From Candidatus Marinacidobacterales bacterium (GTDB lineage: Bacteria; Acidobacteriota; Vicinamibacteria; Marinacidobacterales; SMYC01), in NCBI GenBank assembly GCA_965224085.1, contig CBDCYI010000011.1:736001-800000 (forward strand): a stretch of 64,000 bases of DNA. The letters run 5' to 3'. Below the pieces are notes generated by a model. The model searched no databases and had not been told where the DNA came from. It saw only the letters and a list, made by a program, of their open reading frames with translations. Positions 11,910 to 24,300 of this stretch are shown in pieces. The stretch's first letter is position 1; each line of letters opens with the position of its first letter. Made by a program: the position numbers and the translations under genes.

Positions 11910-12093
11910 CTCCGAGATGGAAGAAATCTTAATTTTGCCGATTGAAGTAATTTTGTCTGATCTCGAGTCTCAGCCCAAACCTTGACACCACGCGGCGATC
12001 AGGAATTGGAGTGTCATCGATGCATCTCTCACGCTCGCCAGCACCGGTGTCGGCTGGGGACAATGTTCGATATTCGAATTTCTGGAGACGCTT

Positions 12094-12860
12094 TTATTCT
12101 AGCAAACGACTCGGCCGCTCGTCATGGTAGATTCGGCCACTCTTCATTACGAATAGCATCTTTCGCAAGGTGGAAATGTTCTCGGAGGGGTCGGATTCGA
12201 GGGCGACGATATCTGCGAATTTGCCGGGTGCTATGGAGCCGATAGCGTCTTCGAGACCGAGGAGGTCAGCGGGTGCGATCGTCGCCGCGCGAAGGGCTTT
12301 TAGCGGAGTCATGCCGGCTTCCACGTAATACTCCGCTTCTCGGACCGTGACGGTGGTGCCGTCGTTGGACTCGAAAGGGAATTGGTCGGTGCCGAGAGCG
12401 ATCGACACACCTTCTTCAATCGCTATTTGGAGCGATCGCCAGTGGCGGGCTCCCACCGTTTTCACCCGCTCGAGATACCAGCGCGGCGAGCCGATACGCT
12501 CAAAAAATGGCATCGTCGCGGGCTGGCGCACCACGATAGTCGGAACGAGCCACGTGCCGTGGGTTTTCATCTCACGCAGAACCTCGCGCGTGAGAAAGTA
12601 GCCGTGCTCGATGCAGTCGATGCCAGCCGCGACCGCGTTCATCATCGTATAGCCGAATACGTGATGGCGCGCCTCTTCGAGCGGGACGTGGCTCGCCGGC
12701 TGTCCGATCACCACGGCGAACTCACACTCCCAGTCGAGCTGTTCGCGCCCCAGCTTCATGAGAGCCCTCGTGCTCGAAAGTTCCGAGTTTGAAGGGCTCC
12801 TCGGATGCGAGCGCTATTTGGGAGAGCAGGACAAGAGCGACAAGCAATCGGCATAAGGAG
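12094..12860 (-). pseudogene. Chimeric remnant: fumarylacetoacetate-hydrolase fragments fused to an amidohydrolase C-terminus
   Basis: Out-of-frame EEPFKLGTFE start; LDWECEFAVVIG...FGYTMMN then switches to AGIDCIEHG...LGTD...GSIAPGKFADIV. Confidence 0.72.
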
Positions 12861-12874
12861 GGACAAGAACGGCG

Positions 12875-13192
12875 CTAGCGGTCACTCTTCGCCGGTGCCG
12901 CTTTCGACACCACACTTTCGACCTTGTCGCGCATCGACTGCTCACGGTCGGTCCTGGTCCCACACTTGATGTTCGTATGGATGCGCGGCGCCCCCATGTC
13001 GTGAACAGCTTCGTGGCACCGTTTTATCGCTGCGAAGACGTCGTCCCACTCACCCTCGACGTTCGTGCCGTAAGCGTGAAGGTTGTGCTCGAGACCGGCA
13101 TCCGTGATGACCTTCTGACAGGTGGCGATGTGGTCCGAGACCGAAACACCGACGCCCATGGGAATGATGCAGAGATCGGCAATCACTTTCAT
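12875..13192 (-). CDS. MTH1187/thiamine-binding family protein
   Basis: ADLCIIPMG, LHAYGTNVEGEWD, GTRTDREQ. Confidence 0.88.
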   Translation of the reverse strand: MKVIADLCIIPMGVGVSVSDHIATCQKVITDAGLEHNLHAYGTNVEGEWDDVFAAIKRCHEAVHDMGAPRIHTNIKCGTRTDREQSMRDKVESVVSKAAPAKSDR

Positions 13193-13219
13193 GACTGCAG
13201 TTTACCCAATGGGGACAGC

Positions 13220-14115
13220 TCACGAGGATCGCGTGAGGTTGAGAACCTGGACCTCGGGCTCCAGTTCGCCTCGAAAAGAGAACGTGGCGCTTACCTCGGC
13301 GACCCGCTTTCGGTAGAGCATGACGACGACCCAAGCAAACGCGAGGCACGTGCAACCCGCGAGCCAGCGGTCCACCTCTTGGAGAAGCCACAGCTCGAGC
13401 CGCGCAGTCGCATAGGCGTAGGTTGCCATCGCCAACAGATAGGCCGGCCACAGAAGCTTCACGTTTGCGTTACCAGGCGCGTAGGCGCACGTGAAGGGCA
13501 CTTCGTGATAGCCGAGAAGGAGTAGCTCGGCAAGGAGCACCGCGCAAAGAAGCCAGAACGCCGTGTGGGCGAGCCCAGCACCGGCTCCCCAGAGGATGCC
13601 GTAGACGGGTAGCGTCACCGCCACAATCGGCATCAGACCAAGAAGTGCCATCGCCTTCCGGACGCCCCGGTAGTAGGGCGTTTTGTCGTTCGTTTCCGTC
13701 ATCTGGAACAGCCAGTTCGAGCGGAGCTCCGTAGGGACAGCAAAGACGACGCGAAGGGCTACGAGCACGAAACAGTTCCTCCACCGATGGGAAGAGCGCC
13801 GAGGATGGCCGCGTCCCGCCGGTCGGGAAAGGCCGCTTCCCACGCGATGACGGTGATGAACCCGACCGCGGTCATCGAATAGCCGATGAAAAAGGGCTTG
13901 TCCGACCACGTCGGATTCGCAGCGAAGTGTTCGAGCGCGACATGTTCCAACACGGCATATTTTGGGAGGAGCCGAAGTGCTACGAACATGGTCGGCGCCG
14001 CGAATAGGGGAACGATCCAAGCGAGAGCATCCCCGACGTCGGCCTCCTCAGAAAGCAGATCGTTCTCGAAGAGCCTTCTAAAGAAGGTCTGCAGGAGTGT
14101 TTGAGCCGGCGTCAT
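13220..14115 (-). pseudogene. ABC transporter membrane protein, internally deleted and frameshifted
   Basis: N-terminus (FFRRLFENDL...AAFPDRRDAAILGALP) and C-terminus (NWLFQMTE...VPFTCAYAPG) in different frames, joined near 13770. Confidence 0.7.
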
Positions 14116-14876
14116 AACCGCATCGTTTCGATGAGCTCGTTCGCGACTTGGCGCACGTCTTTGCGAATCGCGAGCTGTGTGAAGACACCTTCGAGCGACG
14201 GTTCTTGCATCAGCGTGCGCAGCTCCGCTACGGCTCCTTCCGCCAAGACGCGCCCTTCGCGCAGGATGACGACGCGCGAGCACACTTGCTCGACGAGCTC
14301 CAAGACGTGTGAGCTGTAGAGAACAACTTTCCCCGCGGCCGCGAGCTCACGGACGAGCTCTTTGAGCACGAGCGTCGAGCCCACGTCGAGGCCAGACGAT
14401 GCTTCGTCGAGAATCACGATCTCCGGATCATGCAGGAGCGCTGCTGCGATCGACACCTTTTGCTTCATGCCTTTCGAGTAGGCCGACATCGGCGCGTAGC
14501 GGTCGCCTTCGATTTCGAACAGGTGCAGGAAGCGCTCGATCTTTTCTTCGAGCACGTTCGATGCGATCTCTCGCAGCCGTCCGACAAGCGTCAAATATTC
14601 CGGGCCGGTGAGATAGGTGTAGAGCTCCGGTGTCTCCGGTACGCAGCCGACCCGGCGGCGGTGCTCGAGCCCGAGCGCTTCGATGTCCCGTCCATCGTAG
14701 AGAATCGTCCCCTCCGTCGGGCTCGAAAGACCGGCGACCATCTTGACCGTCGTGGATTTCCCCGAGCCGTTCGGACCCAGATAGCCGAGCACTTCTCCTC
14801 GCGCGACGCGGAAGCTCACCTCACGCACCGCGGCTAGAGGCCCGTAATACTTGCTGACGTTTCGTAGCTCGAGCAT
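14112..14876 (-). CDS. ABC transporter ATP-binding protein
   Basis: GPNGSGKST, YSKGMKQK, ILDE. Confidence 0.93.
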   Translation of the reverse strand: MLELRNVSKYYGPLAAVREVSFRVARGEVLGYLGPNGSGKSTTVKMVAGLSSPTEGTILYDGRDIEALGLEHRRRVGCVPETPELYTYLTGPEYLTLVGRLREIASNVLEEKIERFLHLFEIEGDRYAPMSAYSKGMKQKVSIAAALLHDPEIVILDEASSGLDVGSTLVLKELVRELAAAGKVVLYSSHVLELVEQVCSRVVILREGRVLAEGAVAELRTLMQEPSLEGVFTQLAIRKDVRQVANELIETMRL

Positions 14877-14886
14877 TGCAGGACTC

Positions 14887-16852
14887 CTATTCGTGACGAA
14901 GCGCGTTGCAAGGACTCGAGATGGCCGCGCGACGAGCGGGATGGAGACACGCGGCGGCGGACACCGCTATGAGCAGGAGCGCGACTGCGGCGAGAAGCGA
15001 CGGCTCCGTCGCGCTCGTTTGCACGAGAAGCTGCAGCAATAGCTTTCCCACAGCGAGCGCGCCCGCCATCCCAAGCGTCAGGCCCAGCGCGAGCTGGCCG
15101 ACCACGCGCGCTCCGAAGAGGCGAAGGATGTCTCGAACGCTCGCACCGAACGCGAGACGAACGCCGACCTCATGCGTGCGCTCCGCTACCGTGTAGGCGA
15201 CGACGGCATAGAGCCCAATAGCGGACAGGACGAGCGCGATAGCGGCGAATAACAAGAAGAGCGTGCCGAAGACACCATGCCCCATCGCGACTGTTGGACG
15301 AGCTCGTCCATCGAAAGGGCGCCGTATACGGCGAGGCTGGGGTCGAGCGCGAGGACTTCTTCGCGGACGAGCGCTTCCACGGGCCCGCGGCCGCGCACGA
15401 GAAGCACGCCCGTTGCGCTAGGCTCGGCGCGAGAAGGCAGATACAAAACGGGGTCGAGCTCTCTCATCGATTGCTGACGGATGGTCGGAGAGATGCCGAC
15501 GATGGTGAGCCACGGCGCGTCGTCATCGCCCACACGCACCCTCTCGCCGATGGGGTTGTGATTCTGAAAGTGAAGCGAGACGAATCGCTCGTTCACGATG
15601 GCGCTGTCGTGGCCGGTTGTTCCGTCGATCGACGTGAAGACGCGGCCTCGTACGAGCCCGACGCCCAACGTCGCGAAGTAATGTGCGCCGACGCTCACGA
15701 TGGAAACTCTGGGCGCGGGTCGCGCTTCGCTCGGCTTACCTTCGATCGCCAGCGGACGCATGGGCGCTCCGGCGAAAGGTAGAGCGCTGGCGATGGTCGC
15801 GGAGGCAATCGGTTCGACGACCGTAAGGCGCCGCTCGAGCTTCTCATAAAACTGGACCCGCGCTTCCGGCGTTGGGTAGCGATCGGGTGGGAGCGATACG
15901 CGCTGCGACGTGAGTCCTTGGGTGTCCACGATGTGGTCTGCCTGATAGAGCGCCACGAAGCTGCGCATCATGAAGCCCGCCCCCGCGAGCAGAATGAGCG
16001 TCAAGGTCAGCTCGACGACGACGAGCGCGGACATCCAAGCGCGCGCGCGTGTGCCCCCTCCACGACGGTTACCCTGCTTGATGAAAGTGTTCAATCGGGC
16101 TCTCGAGAGGTGGAGCGCGGGTACGAGCCCGAAGACGAATACACTGGTCGTCGCAGCAAGAATGAGAAAAACGGCCACGCGCTCGTCCATCGTCCACTGA
16201 AACCAATAAGGCAAGTTGATGCCTTGGATGGTGCGGGCGAAAAGGCGCACCGCGTGGACCGAGAATCCGAAGCCTAGGACGGCCCCTGCGCATGCAAGCA
16301 CGGCGCTCTCTCTACCATCAACTGCCTCAGGATGCGCCAACGTGTGCCGCCGAGCGCAGCGCGCACCGCGATCTCGCGCGAGCGTGTTACCGAGCGAGCG
16401 AGCAACAGGTTCGCGACGTTGGCACACGCGATGAGGAGAACGAACGCGACCGCGCCCATCAAGGCGGGAAAGATCGCAAAATCGGCGGCCGTTCCGATGA
16501 ACGGCTCGATCCGCGGCGTGAGCCCAGCGTTGGTCTCGGGATGGGTCTCGCGAAGGCGCTCGGCGACGGTGTCGATCTGTCTTTGTGCGGAAGACAGGTC
16601 TGCGGTATCGACAAGTCGGGCGACGACGCGGAGCGTGCGCGCGTCGCGCGTGTCGGTGTCGAGCCCGGGTAGACGCGCAAGTGGCTGCTAGAGCTCGGCG
16701 AAATCGGGAAAGCGAAAGCCTTCTTTCGTAACGCCGATGATCGTCGTCGGTGTGCCGTCTACCTCGATGACGCGACCGAGGACAGCTGAGTCGGCTTCGT
16801 AGTGGGTCGTCCACACCCTATGGCCGAGAATGACGACGGGGGCAGCGCCGGC
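14887..16852 (-). pseudogene. ADOP/MacB-FtsX duplicated permease, 5'-truncated with frameshifts and a stop
   Basis: LLIACANVANLLLARS..RSREIAVR, ERTHEVGVRLAFGA spread over several frames; TAG near 16689. Confidence 0.85.
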
Positions 16853-17045
16853 TCAAGCGGTCGAGATTGAACCAATCGAACGCGGACTCGCTTCCGGGCT
16901 CAGAAGCGCTCGCGGTCGCCCAGAAGAGTGCCGCACTCGTCGCGAAATGCACGCTCAAGATGATCGCGATCACCGCGAGCACGAAGTAGAAGACGAGTAT
17001 GTTGCTGTTCTTCCGGGCGTCGTCCTGATGTTGAAAGAAGTCCAT
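16853..17045 (-). pseudogene. N-terminal fragment of an M48/HtpX-like protease
   Basis: MDFFQHQDDARKNS..LVFYFVLAV directly after lemA, fused to the permease remnant. Confidence 0.7.
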
Positions 17046-17066
17046 TCCCATTGGGCGCCCGCGCTG

Positions 17067-17654
17067 CTAGAACTTGACCTTTGGCGCCTCGCGCTGCTCC
17101 GCGACCTCGATCTCGAAAAGCTCCGCCTCTTTAAAGCCCATCGAGTTCGCGATAACGACATTCGGGAATTTTTCCCGCGCGATGTTATAGGCCGTTACAG
17201 CGTCGTTATAAGCTTGGCGTGAGAACGAGATTTTGTTCTCCGTCGACGTGAGCTCTTCTTGGAGCTGCAACACGTTCTGGTTCGCTTTGAGATCCGGATA
17301 GCTCTCCATCAACGCGAACATCCGGCCCATGGCACCGGTCAGAGCACCCTCGGCACCAACGAGGCCTTGGATGGCACCCGCGTCGCTCGGGTCGGCGGCG
17401 GCCGTCTTCGCTGCAGCTTGCGCTTGGTTGCGCGCGTTAATGACCGCTTCGAGCGTTTCACGCTCGTGTTTCATGTAGCCCTTGGCGGTCTCGACGAGGT
17501 TCGGAATCAAGTCGTAGCGGCGTTTGAGCTGCACGTCGATTTGCGCGAACGCGTTCTTGAAGCGGTTCCGCAAAGTGACGAGCCTATTGTAAATGCCGAC
17601 GAGGAACAGGATGAGGAGCCCCGCAGCTCCGAGAAAAATCAACGCACCGATCAT
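17067..17654 (-). CDS. lemA: LemA family protein
   Basis: IDVQLKRRYDLIPNLVE, ESYPDLKAN, RQAYND. Confidence 0.96.
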   Translation of the reverse strand: MIGALIFLGAAGLLILFLVGIYNRLVTLRNRFKNAFAQIDVQLKRRYDLIPNLVETAKGYMKHERETLEAVINARNQAQAAAKTAAADPSDAGAIQGLVGAEGALTGAMGRMFALMESYPDLKANQNVLQLQEELTSTENKISFSRQAYNDAVTAYNIAREKFPNVVIANSMGFKEAELFEIEVAEQREAPKVKF

Positions 17655-17893
17655 GGAAACTCCTTTCGAAAAAGAGAGAAACTCGGCGGCGCGAGCGTAA
17701 ATCGCTCGAGCGCCTACACATAGACGTTAGATGGTGTTTCTAAATGATGCGGAACGTGTAACCGTGCAACGCGGCCATTATCACTATTATAACATTTCGT
17801 GTTGCGGGTTACTAACGGTCGCGAATTTCACTCCCTAAAAGAGGGCGCGGGCTTGGCCAACGAGCTGCTTGGTGATCTCCCGGTGAAGCGATC

Positions 17894-18360
17894 CTACTCG
17901 TAGCCGTAAATGCTGGGTGGTTCTTTGTCGAGGAGGCGCAAATACGTGTAGAACTGTCCCCGGTGATGCCAATGCTCGTCGTAGAGGAAGTAAAGTACTG
18001 AGTTCCCGTGAATTCTCCGTACTCTGATTTCACCGTCCGCGACAACTCGGTATCGGAGACGCCCCCGAGTGCCGCTTGAGCCGCAGAGTGGCAGCGCTCG
18101 GCAAAGTCCTTTATGTCTCCGATGGAGCGGATTTCCGCGACCGCCGCCGCGCCGACCTCGCTCTCGGGCTCGAGCTCCCGCCCCGCCGCTGCGGAGAGCT
18201 CCCCGCTCTGGATAGCTTCAGCCAACGCCTTCTCGGCGGTACAGGAGCGCCTTAACGGTGCGCATGGTGTCTTTCGGTCGAAAATCGAGGTCTTCATCCG
18301 CAAGCACGCCGATAGCCCGCATCGTCACCCCATGCACCATGTCGAAGTAGCCCCACTGAG
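17894..18360 (-). pseudogene. DinB family protein, frameshifted
   Basis: DEDLDFRP...RTV in one frame and EHWHHRGQFYTYLRLL in another. Confidence 0.7.
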
Positions 18361-18598
18361 CTGAAAAAGCCTCTAAGTTCATCGATCCTCCAAGTAATAG
18401 TCGAAGCTAACAGAAAAATTGATAGTGGTCTATTTTCGAAACTAAGCCACCACCCGAATTCGTTTCGACAAGAGGTAGTACACTTGCGGCCAAGCATAGA
18501 AGGAGGGCCAATGAGAACGGACGCGCACGTCGCGGCCGCCATCCTAGCGCACATGCTTGCCGGCACAAATTAAGGAGTGAGCGCTCGCGCTCTAGACC

Positions 18599-18940
18599 TT
18601 AGCTGCCCGTCGAGGAAACGGACTCTGTGTCGTGACGCCAACGAACACAGCGAGGCGGGAGCGGAACTTCGGCGAGCACTGCGTCGAGCCCAATAGCAGG
18701 CTCCGTTCCCTCGGGCAGGAGTAGTCTCATCGTCCCCGTCGTTCTGCCGTAAATAACTACGATATAAGAGCCGCATTCAAGCTGGATCAACGCGCCAACG
18801 GACGGCTCCGGCTCCGCAAAAGCATCGAGTTCATCGGTCTCGACTGGGAAAAACTTGCGGAACTCAGGTTCTGAGAGATGTGCGGTGAGCACCGGGATCG
18901 TTTCGCTTTTCAGCTCTTCGGCTTTAGCTCGTCGCATCAA
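18599..18940 (-). CDS. Hypothetical protein, possible immunity/antitoxin
   Basis: 113-aa acidic ORF overlapping the stop of the upstream ORF. Confidence 0.55.
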   Translation of the reverse strand: MMRRAKAEELKSETIPVLTAHLSEPEFRKFFPVETDELDAFAEPEPSVGALIQLECGSYIVVIYGRTTGTMRLLLPEGTEPAIGLDAVLAEVPLPPRCVRWRHDTESVSSTGS

Positions 18941-19266
18941 TCTACTCTCTTGACTATCTTAATCGGTATTTCCACCTCTTCGCCAGGCACCCCCGAACGC
19001 ACGCCTTCAAGTCCTTCTGGCCAGGTCGCGTCCCCGGGTGCACCATAAGGCGCGGACGAGATCGTCGTGACGAACTCTATCCCGCTTCGGCCAACCGGAA
19101 GAGGGCCATAATATGCTTTGACTGCTGCGACCGCGCCCGCATAAATATTCCTTCGAGCCTTGCCCCTCAGTCGCCCCGAGCGCTCGACGAGCTCGTTCAG
19201 TTCAGCGTCCTGGAACCGGTGAAAAGGCCCGTAGCGCGGTGACGAGTCGGGCGTCATCGCCTGCAA
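18937..19266 (-). CDS. Hypothetical protein, possible stand-alone toxin domain
   Basis: 109 aa; YGPFHR...VKAYYGPLP..SGIEF resembles (from recall) polymorphic toxin tips. Confidence 0.55.
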   Translation of the reverse strand: MQAMTPDSSPRYGPFHRFQDAELNELVERSGRLRGKARRNIYAGAVAAVKAYYGPLPVGRSGIEFVTTISSAPYGAPGDATWPEGLEGVRSGVPGEEVEIPIKIVKRVD

Positions 19267-19270
19267 GCCC

Positions 19271-21394
19271 TCACTCAGGCCAGGCCATTCCGAGGTTCTC
19301 CATCACGAAGGCCCAGCGGTCTGCTTGCTCGGCGAGGATCATGCTGGTGGGCTTACCCGCCCCATGGCCTGCGTTTGTTTGGATACGGATGAGCATCGGG
19401 CGCGGCTCGTCGCCGTGTATCTCTTGGAGCCTCGCGGCGTATTTGAACGAGTGGCCGGGGACGACGCGATCATCGTGGTCCGCGGTCGTGACGAGGGTTG
19501 CGGGGAAGTAGGCTGCGGGACGGAGCCGGTGGTACGGGGAGTAGGCGTGGAGCGTTTCGAACTCCTCGGGATTCTCCGACGAGCCGTAATCGGAGACCCA
19601 AGCCCAGCCGATCGTGAACTTGTGAAAGCGCAGCATGTCCATCACGCCCACGGCTGGGAGACCCACACCAAAGAGCTCGGGCCTCTGGTTCATCACCGCA
19701 CCCACGAGCAGGCCGCCGTTCGAGCCGCCGCCAATAGCGAGCTTTTCCGGCCGGGTATAGCCCTCGTCGATCAGAAACTCCGCGGCGGTGATGAAATCGT
19801 CGAACACGTTTTGCTTGTTCGAGAAGGTCCCTCCTTGGTGCCACTCCTCCCCGTATTCTCCGCCGCCGCGTAGATTCGCTTGAGCATAGACGCCGCCGAG
19901 CTTGAGCCACACGAGGTTGCTGACCGAAAAGCGCGGTCGGAGGCTGATATTGAATCCGCCATAGCCGTAGAGATAGGTCGGATTTGTTCCGTCGAGCTCG
20001 AGCTCGCGCTTATGGGTCACGAACATCGGGATCTTCGTGCCGTCCTTGGATGAGTAAAACACTTGCTCGGTCACGAAAGCGCCGCCGTCGAACGCGATCT
20101 GCGGCGAGCGGAAGACGCTCATAGCACCCGTCTCGAAGTCGTAGCGATAGATCGTCGTTGGATAAAGGAAGGACTCGAAGGCGTAAAACATCTCGCGATC
20201 CTTCCGCTCGCCAGTGATCGAGCTTACCGAGCCGAGCGTAGGAAGCTCGAGATTCTTCATCCCGCTGCCGTCTCTACGGAACGTCGCGATGCGGCTGTGC
20301 GCGTCGGTCAGATAGGAGGCGACGAATTTCCCATCGATGATGCGCACGTCTTCGAGTACGTCGTCGGCCTCGGCGATAATTCCCATTTCTTTCGTGTCCG
20401 AGACGCCGGCTCGTATCGCGATCACCCGGTAGCGAGGGGCGTCGAGGTTGGTCAGAACGTAGAGAACGCCGCCGTCATTGCCGATGAACTCGTAGCTCGC
20501 GTCGAAGTCGTCGAGAAGCTTCACGACGTTCCCGTCGAGCCGCGGCTTTTCGGAGTCGACGAGATCGAGGGTGTACAAACGATTGCGCTCGTCGGTCCCA
20601 TGCCGGACATTGAAAATGGCGTAGTTCCCCGCATCCGAGACCGTGACGTCGAAACCCCATTCGGGTTCGTCCGGCCGTTCGTAGACGAGTCTGTCCTCGG
20701 ATTGCGGCGTCCCGCGACGGTGGTAATAGACCTTTTGGTTCAGATTGACGCCGCCCTGCGCCTCGTCGTCCTTGGGCTCCGGATAGCGCGCGTAGAAGAA
20801 GCCTTCGTTGTCGTGGGTCCAGGACGCGCCCGAGAACTTGATGAAGCGCAGGTGGTCGGGCTCGTCTTCGACGGTCTCGATATCGCGGACGCGGAACTCT
20901 TGCCAGTCAGAGCCGCTCGCGGCGACACCATAGGCGAGCCACTTGCCGTTGTCGCTGAGCGCGAGCATCGAGAGCGCGGCGGTGCCTTCCTCGGAGAGCG
21001 TGTTCGGGTCGAGAAGGACCTCGGGCTCCGCGTCGAGCGACTCTTGCTTGTACAAGACGGATTGGTTCTGAAGCCCGTCATTCTTGAAAAAGAAGTAACG
21101 CCCGCCTTTCTTGAACGGCGCGCCGAAGCGCTCGTAGTTCCAAAGCTCGGTGAGCTTGTTCACAAGGCGCGCGCGGTTCGGGAGCGCTTCAAGGTAGCCG
21201 AACGTAACTTCGTTCTGGGCTTCGACCCAATCGGCGGTGTCGGCCGCGTTGTCGTCTTCGAGCCAGCGATAGGGGTCTTCGACTTTGGTGCCGTGATAAT
21301 CGTCGATCTGTTCGACTTTCTTTGTCTTCGGATATTTCATCGGGCCTGCTTGAACCGTAAAGGCGAGAAGAGCGAAGAGTACCGCTCGGGTCAC
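19271..21394 (-). CDS. Prolyl oligopeptidase (S9A)
   Basis: DPYRWLED, GGSNGGLL, DHDDRV, AGHGAGKP; GTGA overlap with the upstream gene. Confidence 0.96.
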   Translation of the reverse strand: MTRAVLFALLAFTVQAGPMKYPKTKKVEQIDDYHGTKVEDPYRWLEDDNAADTADWVEAQNEVTFGYLEALPNRARLVNKLTELWNYERFGAPFKKGGRYFFFKNDGLQNQSVLYKQESLDAEPEVLLDPNTLSEEGTAALSMLALSDNGKWLAYGVAASGSDWQEFRVRDIETVEDEPDHLRFIKFSGASWTHDNEGFFYARYPEPKDDEAQGGVNLNQKVYYHRRGTPQSEDRLVYERPDEPEWGFDVTVSDAGNYAIFNVRHGTDERNRLYTLDLVDSEKPRLDGNVVKLLDDFDASYEFIGNDGGVLYVLTNLDAPRYRVIAIRAGVSDTKEMGIIAEADDVLEDVRIIDGKFVASYLTDAHSRIATFRRDGSGMKNLELPTLGSVSSITGERKDREMFYAFESFLYPTTIYRYDFETGAMSVFRSPQIAFDGGAFVTEQVFYSSKDGTKIPMFVTHKRELELDGTNPTYLYGYGGFNISLRPRFSVSNLVWLKLGGVYAQANLRGGGEYGEEWHQGGTFSNKQNVFDDFITAAEFLIDEGYTRPEKLAIGGGSNGGLLVGAVMNQRPELFGVGLPAVGVMDMLRFHKFTIGWAWVSDYGSSENPEEFETLHAYSPYHRLRPAAYFPATLVTTADHDDRVVPGHSFKYAARLQEIHGDEPRPMLIRIQTNAGHGAGKPTSMILAEQADRWAFVMENLGMAWPE

Positions 21395-24300
21395 GGTGCG
21401 CCTCCGTTCGTTGTCGTGACCGTTTCCGGTCGGTCGTCCCACCAGAACTGCGGCGGTAGCGACTTTCGCTCGGGCCAGATTTTCTCGAGGGTCGTCGTTT
21501 CGAAGAGCTCGCCGTTCTTCATGACATAGCGCAGGCTGTTCGTGTTCTCGATGTCAACGAGCGGGTTGCGCTCGAGCACGATAATGTCGGCGAGTTTTCC
21601 GGGCTCGAGCGAGCCGAGATCGGTCGAAAGGCCGATAGCCTCAGCGCTATGGAGTGTTACGGCTCGAAGGGTCTCGTGCTCGGTAAGCCCGCCCGATTGG
21701 AGCGCCCACGTCTCCCAATGCGCGCCGATCCCTTGGAGCTGGCCGTGGCTCCCGAGGCCACATTTTCCGCCGGCGCGCACGATCTTCATGCAGCCTTCCG
21801 CGATAGCCGAGTGAACGTATTCTTCTTTCGAAAACCACTGGCCGCGCCGCCGCACCATGTTGTCGAGAAGTTGATAAGGGATGAAGCGTGCGAGCTTCTC
21901 GTCCTGGGCGACGTCGGTGTTTTGAAAGAAGTAGTTCTCCGTCCACGGGCCGCCATAGGCGACGAGAATCGTCGGGGTGTAATAGGTCTCGGTCCTGGCG
22001 ACGTATTGCGCGATGTCGTCATAGATCGGGTTGATGGGAAGGCTGTGCTCGTGGCCGGAATAGCCGTCCGCCATTTGAGTGAGATCGAGCTTCAAGTCGA
22101 GGGCTCCTTCCGTCGTCGGGGTGAGCTCGTATTTCCGCGCCGCCTTCGCGACCCATTGCCGCACGATGCGATCGCCGACGACATATTGCTTGATGGTGCG
22201 CGCGTCATAGGCGTCGCGGTAGCGCTCGAGAAAGTGGTCGGTGGCTTCTTGATCATCGACCCCTGACGTCGCAAAGATGCCGGGGCCGGTGGCGTAGATG
22301 CGCGGCCCGAGAATCTCACCCGCCTCGACGAGGTCGGCGTAGGCGAAGACATCGTCCGTGGAAGTTTGCGGATCCCGCGTGGTCGTCACGCCATAAGCGA
22401 GGTTCGAAAGATATTGCCAGACCTGCGTCTGATGGACGCCGCGCGGCGCCCACATATGCGCGTGCGCGTCCACGAATCCGGGCATGATGGTCCGGCCCGA
22501 CACGTCGATGATCGCGGCGCCGGCCGGAATGGCAACATCATTGCCGATCGCCGCGATCCGATTGTCGGTGACCACGATGTCGGCGCCTTCGAGGATCTCG
22601 TCTCCACGCATCGTGACGATGCGCGCCGCGCCGCGCAGAACGACCGAGCCCGACGGTTTGGGGCGCGCTACGGTGACGGTTATCTCCACGGCCTCGGGCT
22701 CTTCGCCGATCTGCTGGCTGTAGAAGCGCCGCCCCTGTGACCACAACACCTTGGTGCCGTCGGCGGACCAGCTCAAATAGCTTCCGCCCCCGCGGGAAAG
22801 CTCACTCACCGGTACGGCCGCATCGCCCCCGGGCGTGATCTTGATCTCGAGCGTCTCCTTGCCCGCGCTCGGGATCGACACGAGGTAGTGCTTGTTTTGA
22901 AGGTCGACAAACGCGCGGCGGCCATCCGGTGCAAGAACGATCGCGTCCGCGCTCGGCGGATTCGGCCCGGGGCCGGTGCCCTGCACTTCGAAATGGGCTT
23001 TTCGATCGTAGCCGTCGAGACGGATCGAGCTCAAACCGTCAGACGTCGTGAGATAGACGCGCTCCGGATCGTCCGTGAAGTGAGGGAAGCGCCCTCCATT
23101 CGTCGAAGCAATGAGCTTCGAAGCGCCGCCCTCGGCTGGGAAGGATCTCAAATCCGTCGTACCCGTCCGGCGGACGCCTCCGATTTCTTCGTCCTGGTAA
23201 ACATGAGCATCTCCGGGCTCATTCAAGAACGAATAGAGCTGGTCGTCGCGCGAGCCTGTAATGAAGACGATACGGCTGCCGTCTGGCGCGTAGACGGGAT
23301 CGGCGTAGTAAGCCGCATGCTCCGACAGCCGCTCGGGATCGCTCCCAGGAGCCACACGGTAGATGTGCCCCCCATCGATATCCCAAGTGACGAACGTGAC
23401 GTAGCGGCCTTCGGGCGACCAGCTCGGCATGAACTCGCCCACGTCTAAATCCGTGAGGCGCTCGGGCGTTCCCATCGGAAGCGTCATCCGCCACAAGCGG
23501 TTGAAGGCGCTGAACACGAGCTCGTTCTCGTCGGGGGAGAGCGCGGGCCAGCGGATAATTCGTGCTCGCACCGTGGCACTGTCATCGACGCGCCCGTCGA
23601 AATGAATGCGCGGGCCGATTTCAGCGGCGACGTGCGCGGTGAACGGGATGTCCTCGGACGCACCCGTCTCGAAATCGATGCGGCGGATCTTGCCGTCGAT
23701 CGGCACGATGAGCGAACGGCCATCAGGATCGAAAACGTAGCTCGGCATCGTATCGCGCGACGCCCGCGACTCCTGGTCGTCCCGCGTGACGGGGTAGGCG
23801 AGCCAGCGTTCGGCGCCCGTCTCGAGATCCCGAACCCTGAGACCGGTCCCGGTGCGAAAACGCGTCGCGTAGACGAGATGGTCGCCGTCGGGGGAAAGTA
23901 CCGGCCGCATGGCGCTTCCTTGCGCGTTAGTGATGGTCGCCGTCTCGCTCGTTTCCCGGTCGAAGCGGACGATCTGCCAGATGGGGAACTGCGCGTTGTA
24001 GTTGAACGTCCCACGCCGTTCGCCGTAATAGATGAAACGCCCATCGGGCGAGGCTACCGCGCCGACCTTGTTGGGCGGCTGGACGCGGGGGGCGCCCGGC
24101 GAGGGCGGTGTTGGTGGTGGCGCCGGACCGACGCGAACCCCCGTGCCCCCGTCGCGGTGGTACATGAAAAGACCGAACGTTCTTTCTGGAGTGCGCTGCT
24201 TCGAGACGAGGATGTAATCGCCGTCCGCGGTCCAAGACGGTGAGGCCATGAGCTGCGGCCTCGATTTAGTGGGTTTGTCTTTACCCACTGCACGCGGATT

